The notes under the pieces: generated by a model | Seen by the model: the letters and a program-made list of their open reading frames with translations, nothing else | What the model was told of the DNA's origin: nothing | The model's database searches: none | Source of the DNA: a candidate division WOR-3 bacterium | GTDB taxonomy: Bacteria; Hydrothermota; Hydrothermia; JBDRYB01 | Length of the DNA stretch: 11,955 nt | Reading direction: 5' to 3' | NCBI GenBank assembly: GCA_049969615.1 | Contig: JBMFOM010000063.1 | Coordinates: 1-11,955 of the forward strand | Shown here: one piece after another, positions 6,521 to 11,955 of the stretch | Layout: every line of letters begins with the position of its first letter | Position numbering within the stretch: the first letter of the stretch is position 1 | Program-made: the position numbers and the translations under genes

Positions 6521-7189
6521 ATGATTCCCATAATGGATGAACAGCGACACCGCCGGTTCCCGATCTGGACCCTGATTTTAATAGGGATCAATATTCTCGT
6601 CTTCATCTATCAGTTCTTCAACCCCACCGGGTTTGAATCGTTTATATTGCAGTGGGGCTTCACGCCGGCCAGGTTCCTCGCTTTTTACGACTGGCCGACG
6701 ATTTTTTCGTCCATGTTCATGCACGCAAACCTCCTGCACATAGCGGGAAACATGCTCTACCTGTGGATATTTGGGGACAATGTTGAGGATGTTCTGGGCA
6801 GGGTATTCTACCCCCTTTTTTACTTGCTGTCAGGTGTGGCCGCGGTGTTCGCGCATACCATACTGTTTCCTGATTCAAACATTCCCTTGGTTGGTGCTTC
6901 TGGCGCGATATCCGGCGTTTTGGGGGCTTATTTGCTTTTCTTCCCTCGCTCAAGAATAGTGACCTTCATGTTTTATGGTGGTCTCGCCGTGATCCCCTCG
7001 TTCATCTATCTTCTCATCTGGATCGGTTTTCAGTTCCTCAACGCCTGGCTCACAACGGCCCAGGGGGGCGCTGGTGTGGCATATCTCGCCCACGCTGGCG
7101 GTTTCATCGCGGGATTCGTTTTTGCCCTTCCCTTCTGGATAATACGAAGGGCCATGGGCCTTTATCCTTTTTCGTCATGGAGAAGTTGA
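6521..7189 (+). CDS. Rhomboid-family intramembrane serine protease (222 aa)
   Basis: MIPIMDE..RRFPIWT N-terminus typical of the family; SMFMHANLLHIAGNMLYLWIFGDNVED; catalytic GASG and AHAGGF. Confidence 0.95.
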   Translation: MIPIMDEQRHRRFPIWTLILIGINILVFIYQFFNPTGFESFILQWGFTPARFLAFYDWPTIFSSMFMHANLLHIAGNMLYLWIFGDNVEDVLGRVFYPLFYLLSGVAAVFAHTILFPDSNIPLVGASGAISGVLGAYLLFFPRSRIVTFMFYGGLAVIPSFIYLLIWIGFQFLNAWLTTAQGGAGVAYLAHAGGFIAGFVFALPFWIIRRAMGLYPFSSWRS

Positions 7190-8307
7190 GGCTCATCACT
7201 GCTGGCGAGTCTCACGGCCCGGGAATCGTGGGAATAATATCTGGCATCCCATCCGGAGTCTCGTTGTCTGAAGACTACATCAACGAGTTTCTTGCAAAGA
7301 GGAGGCTCGCGCCCGGCAGGAGCTCTCGTATGGTAAGTGAAGCCGACGAGTGCGAGATATTATCCGGCATCAGGAACGGCTTTACCGTCGGCAGTCCGAT
7401 AGCCATCTTGGTCAGGAACAAATCAACCGAGGCTTGGGATGCGGCCCCCGCGAAACATCCAAGGCCCGGCCACGCTGATTGGCCAGGCGTCCTGAAGAGG
7501 GGGTTCGGGGATACGCGGGATGTCTGGGAGAGGGCGTCCGCAAGAGCCACTGCGGCTCAGACCGCTCTCGGAGCCGTTGCTTTGAGAACCCTTGAACAGC
7601 TTGGAATTAACCTTTTCTCTTATATTGAGAGAATAGGGTCGGTTTCTGCCCGAGTTCCGGAATCCCATGGCCAGCGCCTCGTTTTTGCCGGTGAATCCCC
7701 AATATCATGTCCGGATCCGGCCGCGACCCCGAAAATGCTTGAGGCCATTGAAACAGCGAGAAAAAAGAGGACGACCATAGGTGGGGTTTTTGTCGTTGGA
7801 GCAATGGGCTTGCCCCCTGGTGTCGGGGATTACACAGAATCAGATAAGCGGCTTGATTCCAGGATAGCCAGCTGGTTAATGTCAATTCCGGCCGTAAGGG
7901 CAGTAGAGATAGGTGAGGGTATAGCCCAGTCCGGGATGGAGGGCAGGGACGCCATGGATGGGTTCGTTGTGAAAGGCCACCGGATTGAAAGGACGAGCAA
8001 TCTGGCCGGGGGCATAGAAGGGGGAATGACAAACGGACAGCCCGTATTGATCAGGTGCTGGGTCAAACCGGTCCCAACTCAGCAAGAGCCTCTACCTTCT
8101 TTTGATATTGATACGCTTGAACCCGGCCCTGCGCTCGTTGAGAGGGCAGACGTCTGTGTGGCGCCGGCCGCGGCCGTTATAGCGCAAGCCATCCTGGCAA
8201 TTGTTTTGCTTGATGCTATGCTTTCAAAGTTTGGTGGAGATAGCATTTTGGAGATCCTTGACAGACTCGCAATTTACCGGAGGGCCATCACAGCGCGTGG
8301 GGCATGA
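7177..8307 (+). CDS. aroC: Chorismate synthase (376 aa)
   Basis: TAGESHG, PRPGHAD, ERASARATA, SIPAVRAVEIGEG, RTSNLAGGIEGGMTNG, KPVPT and ERADVC motifs. Overlaps the rhomboid gene by 13 nt. Confidence 0.96.
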   Translation: MEKLRLITAGESHGPGIVGIISGIPSGVSLSEDYINEFLAKRRLAPGRSSRMVSEADECEILSGIRNGFTVGSPIAILVRNKSTEAWDAAPAKHPRPGHADWPGVLKRGFGDTRDVWERASARATAAQTALGAVALRTLEQLGINLFSYIERIGSVSARVPESHGQRLVFAGESPISCPDPAATPKMLEAIETARKKRTTIGGVFVVGAMGLPPGVGDYTESDKRLDSRIASWLMSIPAVRAVEIGEGIAQSGMEGRDAMDGFVVKGHRIERTSNLAGGIEGGMTNGQPVLIRCWVKPVPTQQEPLPSFDIDTLEPGPALVERADVCVAPAAAVIAQAILAIVLLDAMLSKFGGDSILEILDRLAIYRRAITARGA

Positions 8308-8334
8308 ACGGCCTGCTCTAGGGCCCATTCGCTA

Positions 8335-8381
8335 GGTTTCAGGACAGAGACCAAGGACAAACCGGGATTTTTAAGGGTTTC
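8335..8381 (-). mobile_element. MITE-like family 1, decayed/partial inverted copy C
   Basis: The reverse complement contains AAACCCTTAAAAATCCCGGTTTG, 22/23 identical to copy B's left end. The next 23 nt match 14/23. Weak similarity may extend to ~8294. Confidence 0.7.
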
Positions 8382-8382
8382 G

Positions 8383-8402
8383 TCTTATCGCGAGACAGCC
8401 TC
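8383..8402 (-). repeat. Isolated arm of repeat family 2
   Basis: Reverse complement GAGGCTGTCTCGCGATAAGA matches 78-97 at 17/20. Confidence 0.65.
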
Positions 8403-8447
8403 AATCTGTTTTGAAGCAACGATTCGCGTTTTGGGTGAAGTCTCAGA

Positions 8448-8477
8448 TTGATTCGCCAGGAAATTCGCCGATATAAT
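8448..8477 (+). promoter_or_regulatory. Promoter for leaderless propeller-protein operon
   Basis: TTGATT(8448-8453)-18 nt-TATAAT(8472-8477), 6 nt before ATG8484. Confidence 0.65.
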
Positions 8478-8483
8478 ATTAAT

Positions 8484-9968
8484 ATGCCGTTGGTTGTTGT
8501 TTTCGCTTGGACGTCGGGAACATGGACTCAGTATGGCGCTGACAACTCACACAGCCATTTCCAAATCACCAAGGGAGCGATAACCGATACCCCTGTTATA
8601 AAATGGAGTTTTCAAGCTGACGGCATGGTTGAAACCTACGGTCCAGGTGTTGCTGATCTGGATGGCGATGGACACACAGAGGTTGTTTTCGGTTCCTGCG
8701 CGGGGACGGTCTATTGCCTTGACGGCGCGACTGGTTCCCTCCTGTGGAGCTATGCGACCGGCTCTGACGCGATAACTGCGCCCCTAATAAAGGATTTTGA
8801 CGGTGATGGAGAGCTGGATGTGGTGATGGGGAGTTTTGACGGACGGGTTTATTGCTTTTCAGCCGCGGGTTCGGTGAAGTGGAGCTTTGATACCCATGAC
8901 CAGATATGGTCGTCCCCAACGGCTCTTGATGTGTCTGGAGACGGCAGGCCAGAGGTCTTTGTCGGCTCAAGGTCTGATGTCTTGTATTGTCTTGATGGGT
9001 TGACAGGCTCGGTCAGGTGGGCCGCTCTGGCTGGCCGGGATATAGGCCCCTCCTCGCCAGCCCTCGGCGATGTGAACGGCGACGGCCTTCCAGAGGCTCT
9101 TGTTGGGTGCGAGAACGGCTCTCTATACTGCTTCAACGCTAGAAACGGAAATCTCTTATGGACATATATGACTGACGGGACAATCTGGTCCTCTCCTGGT
9201 ATAATTGATGCTGCTGGGGCAAAACGGATAGTTTTTGGCTCCGGAGATGGCTGGGTCTATTGCCTTACTGGCCAGGGTTCTCTTGATTGGAAATACAATA
9301 TAGGTCTATACACCAACTCATCCCCATCCTTCGCTGATCTGGACCGGGATGGTTCCCCTGAGATAGTCATTGGCAGTTCCGATGGCCTCTTGTTCTGTTT
9401 TTCGGTTGATGGTTCTGTGGAGTGGACATATCCGATCAACTGCGATGTTCACAGGGGCCCTGCCATTGCTGACATCAACGGCGACGGCTGGCTTGAGGTC
9501 CTTTCATCAGCCCATTACCACGATACCCTCAACTGCATATTTGGTGCGACGGGTTCTCTCGCTTGGAGGAAGATAATGGGCTTTGATATTCACGACATAA
9601 CGGTTGCGGATGTTGATGACGATGGATGTGCCGAGGTGGTTTTTGGAACCCAGTCCCCAACGACCCTCTGGGTTCTTGACGACCCTCATTCCGCCCGGGA
9701 CTGTGGCACGAATACGTCTGAGACCCCTGGGGCCAAGGGGGACCCTTCCCTGACTCCATTCATGGGCGGATTCAGGCTCATTTTGCCGGAACGGGTCTTC
9801 CTTGAGATCAACATACACGATCCACCGGGTAGGCTCGTTTCCACCATATACGCTGGATACCTCGGACCAGGGACGCATGACTTTGCCCCCGCGCTAAAAA
9901 GGGGCGTCTGGTTCCCAGTGATAAAGGCCGAGGGCTTTTGTCTAACCGGTAGGTTCATAGTGAGATGA
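8484..9968 (+). CDS. Exported beta-propeller protein with hybrid PQQ/BamB-like and FG-GAP repeats and T9SS-CTD-like tail (494 aa)
   Basis: Eight ~46-aa repeats W...SSP..D(L/V)DGDG..E(V/I)VFGS.DG.(V/L)YC(L/F)...GS. C-terminal INIHDPPGRLV...GVWF...RFIVR. Start reassigned to ATG8484. Confidence 0.85.
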   Translation: MPLVVVFAWTSGTWTQYGADNSHSHFQITKGAITDTPVIKWSFQADGMVETYGPGVADLDGDGHTEVVFGSCAGTVYCLDGATGSLLWSYATGSDAITAPLIKDFDGDGELDVVMGSFDGRVYCFSAAGSVKWSFDTHDQIWSSPTALDVSGDGRPEVFVGSRSDVLYCLDGLTGSVRWAALAGRDIGPSSPALGDVNGDGLPEALVGCENGSLYCFNARNGNLLWTYMTDGTIWSSPGIIDAAGAKRIVFGSGDGWVYCLTGQGSLDWKYNIGLYTNSSPSFADLDRDGSPEIVIGSSDGLLFCFSVDGSVEWTYPINCDVHRGPAIADINGDGWLEVLSSAHYHDTLNCIFGATGSLAWRKIMGFDIHDITVADVDDDGCAEVVFGTQSPTTLWVLDDPHSARDCGTNTSETPGAKGDPSLTPFMGGFRLILPERVFLEINIHDPPGRLVSTIYAGYLGPGTHDFAPALKRGVWFPVIKAEGFCLTGRFIVR

Positions 9969-11815
9969 TGAGCGCACTAGTCCTCTTCATTCTTGCCGAC
10001 ACATCAGTCATACGTTTCTGCCAGGGTTACAACGCTCGCGAGGCCTATTTTCCCAACGGATTTAGCGGGGAGCCCATCACTTGGCACCTGGGCCTTGGCC
10101 TCGTGGCCACCCAGAATAGCCTCCGGATAAGGGGCCAGGATACTGACCTGGACGATAACGGCTGGCCCGATATAACCGTTTCCTGTGGGGAGTGGTATGC
10201 GGATAGTATCTTCAGGGTTTTTCTGAACAACGAGGGGAAGTTTGAATTTTTTGGCGTTAAATATGCTTATGGGGATAGGGTTTTCCTGGATGGGCACAGC
10301 ATCTCCGATTTCAACGCCAACGGACTACCTGACCTGGTCATAGATGTGATGGGAAATTTTGAGTATCCGGACACCACGCAGGTCTATTCCCTGATACTTT
10401 GGGATTGGCCCTGGAATGGCGAGATTGACAGCCTGGCATCTTGGTGCACTGAGGCCTCGGTCAGCGCTGATCTCAACTCTGATGGCTACGAGGACCTGGT
10501 CATGGCTGTGTTCAGGGATTCCATAAGAGGCCTTGATAGCACCAAGAGCGTGATATACTGGGGAGGGCCGCTTGGCTTTTCCGAGGCCAACAAGACGCTC
10601 CTGCCCACGCTCGGTTGTCACGGTACCACCGTTGCCGACCTCAATCGGGATGGCTACCTGGACATAGTCTTCGCCAACACATATGCCTCCTGGGGATACG
10701 ATAGCGTTGATTCCTATATATACTGGGGAGGGCCTGGTGGGTATTCCGTGAGGAGTAGAAAATCCCTGGATACCCATGGTGCCTATGGCGTGACCGTCGG
10801 CGACCTGAACAAGGATGGCTATCTCGATCTGGTTTTCCCCCAGAGGGAGGCCGAGAAATCCGCTATATTCTATGGAAGTCCAATGGGGTTCTCCTACTAT
10901 CCCAATCTCAGGATATATTCCCGCGGGGCGACCGCGGCCTGGCTGGAGGATCTGGACAAAGATGGTTTGCTTGACCTCATTCTTGCCAGAAAAATAACGA
11001 ACGAACATCCCCAGACCATAATATACTGGAACAGAGGAGGCTCTTTTTCTGAATCCGACACCACATATCTGGAGTCTCCTGGCGGATATGGTCTGTTTTC
11101 CGAGGACTATGACCGGGACGGCTGGCCTGATATCCTCATCCTAAACAAGGAAAATACCGCCACTGATCAGAATACATATGCCCAGGTTTATTACAACCTT
11201 GGCCGGAGGCCCTATTTCTCAGGCTCATGCAGGCTGGACACATTCCCAATCTACGCGGCCGGCCGTGGCAGGACAATGGATTTCTGGGGCAACATTTATG
11301 ACAGGAAGCCCAGGCACATCCTGATACTGCCAACCATTGAGGCTACGAAATGGGTTGCCCTTGATAGCTTCAGGGTTTTTGGCCAGACCAGGGGTGCCAG
11401 CTTTCGGGCTCGCTATCAGTGCAGGGGACCCAACGGGAGCGTGTGGCTCTCGCCGGGCTCTGACAGCGCGGCTTTGGGTCTCAGGGTTGCCCTTGAGATA
11501 ACATTTGTTCCCGGGTTCGCTTCTGTTTTCCGGATTGATTCTGTTTATCTGTTCTGGCACAAGTGCCCCGAGCCTTTCACCGTAAAGAGGCTTCTCTGGA
11601 CATCCCTTCCGGGAGATTCCCTCTATTTCTGGAACCCCGGAGAAAGCGCGAGGATTGACATATATAACATCGTCGGACAGCGTACGCAAAACATGAACAT
11701 CGGAGAGCCTGGCCATGGCGCGCTCGCTGTGGATGGGCCTGTCGGCATCTATATCGCCAGGTTTCTGATTGACGAAAGGGAAATATACAGGCTCAAGTGG
11801 AGGAAGGTGAGATGA
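9965..11815 (+). CDS. Exported FG-GAP/VCBS-repeat beta-propeller protein with T9SS-CTD-like tail (616 aa)
   Basis: Seven DxxxDGxxD(L/I) repeats, several followed by S.IYWGGP.G(F/Y)S. C-terminal IDIYNIVGQR...GIYIAR...KWRKVR. ATGA overlap with the upstream gene. Confidence 0.88.
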   Translation: MMSALVLFILADTSVIRFCQGYNAREAYFPNGFSGEPITWHLGLGLVATQNSLRIRGQDTDLDDNGWPDITVSCGEWYADSIFRVFLNNEGKFEFFGVKYAYGDRVFLDGHSISDFNANGLPDLVIDVMGNFEYPDTTQVYSLILWDWPWNGEIDSLASWCTEASVSADLNSDGYEDLVMAVFRDSIRGLDSTKSVIYWGGPLGFSEANKTLLPTLGCHGTTVADLNRDGYLDIVFANTYASWGYDSVDSYIYWGGPGGYSVRSRKSLDTHGAYGVTVGDLNKDGYLDLVFPQREAEKSAIFYGSPMGFSYYPNLRIYSRGATAAWLEDLDKDGLLDLILARKITNEHPQTIIYWNRGGSFSESDTTYLESPGGYGLFSEDYDRDGWPDILILNKENTATDQNTYAQVYYNLGRRPYFSGSCRLDTFPIYAAGRGRTMDFWGNIYDRKPRHILILPTIEATKWVALDSFRVFGQTRGASFRARYQCRGPNGSVWLSPGSDSAALGLRVALEITFVPGFASVFRIDSVYLFWHKCPEPFTVKRLLWTSLPGDSLYFWNPGESARIDIYNIVGQRTQNMNIGEPGHGALAVDGPVGIYIARFLIDEREIYRLKWRKVR

Positions 11816-11826
11816 TTCCCCCTTAT

Positions 11827-11938
11827 AGAAAACCCTGAAAAATCCCGGTTTGCCCCCGGTCCATATCCGAAAGCCTCATCATGGCCAGAAGAGAACCCTG
11901 AGGAAATGCCCTCGTGAAGGGATTTTTCAGGGGGCCCC
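11827..11938. mobile_element. MITE-like element family 1, copy B (112 bp)
   Basis: Perfect 14-bp inverted repeat CCCTGAAAAATCCC(11833-11846)/GGGATTTTTCAGGG(11919-11932). TTA at 11823-11825 and 11941-11943. 93/112 identical to copy A. Confidence 0.88.
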
Positions 11939-11955
11939 TCTTAGAAACCTGTTCT

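Noticed and set aside
8451..8469. ATTCGCC direct repeat in the promoter spacer as an operator
   Set aside because: Only 7 bp twice, and no regulator gene in the window; could be chance.
6521..11815. Rhomboid as dedicated processing enzyme for the neighbouring propeller proteins
   Set aside because: They are in separate predicted transcription units, and the propellers lack a C-terminal transmembrane sorting signal of the GlyGly-CTERM type; proximity alone is insufficient.
11799..11838. GGAGG plus ATGA-coupled start (MIPPYRKP*) as a third operon gene disrupted by MITE copy B
   Set aside because: Removing the element at its TTA flanks still gives a stop after four codons, and the window ends before any continuation can be seen.
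11941..11955. TTAGAAACCTGTTCT as the start of another IS/MITE end (compare TAAGAGTCTGTTC at 208-220)
   Set aside because: Only 15 nt are visible at the window edge, with no partner arm.
1..11955. CRISPR array, rRNA or prophage genes
   Set aside because: No regularly spaced direct repeats or recognisable signatures; the repeats found are dispersed inverted-repeat elements.

Overview
Bacterial chromosomal window. Gene style (leaderless operon starts, FG-GAP propellers with T9SS-like tails) suggests a WOR-3/FCB-like lineage, but this is inference only. From left to right: the last 23 codons of a probable IS110-family transposase (+); a repeat- and hairpin-rich ~450 bp spacer; a translationally coupled rnfCDGEA operon (-) with no rnfB at either end; a lipoprotein and a metallo-beta-lactamase-fold hydrolase (-); a divergent rhomboid-aroC pair (+); and two beta-propeller (FG-GAP/PQQ-like) proteins with T9SS-CTD-like tails (+). 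The most notable unannotated structure is a family of ~112 bp MITE-like elements. There are two intact copies 83% identical, one decayed inverted copy, and one probable relative sitting in-frame in the 3' end of rnfD. A second inverted-repeat family abuts the IS110 stop codon. A small hairpin with an identical 11-nt loop and covarying stem occurs in two intergenic regions. All alignments were done by eye.
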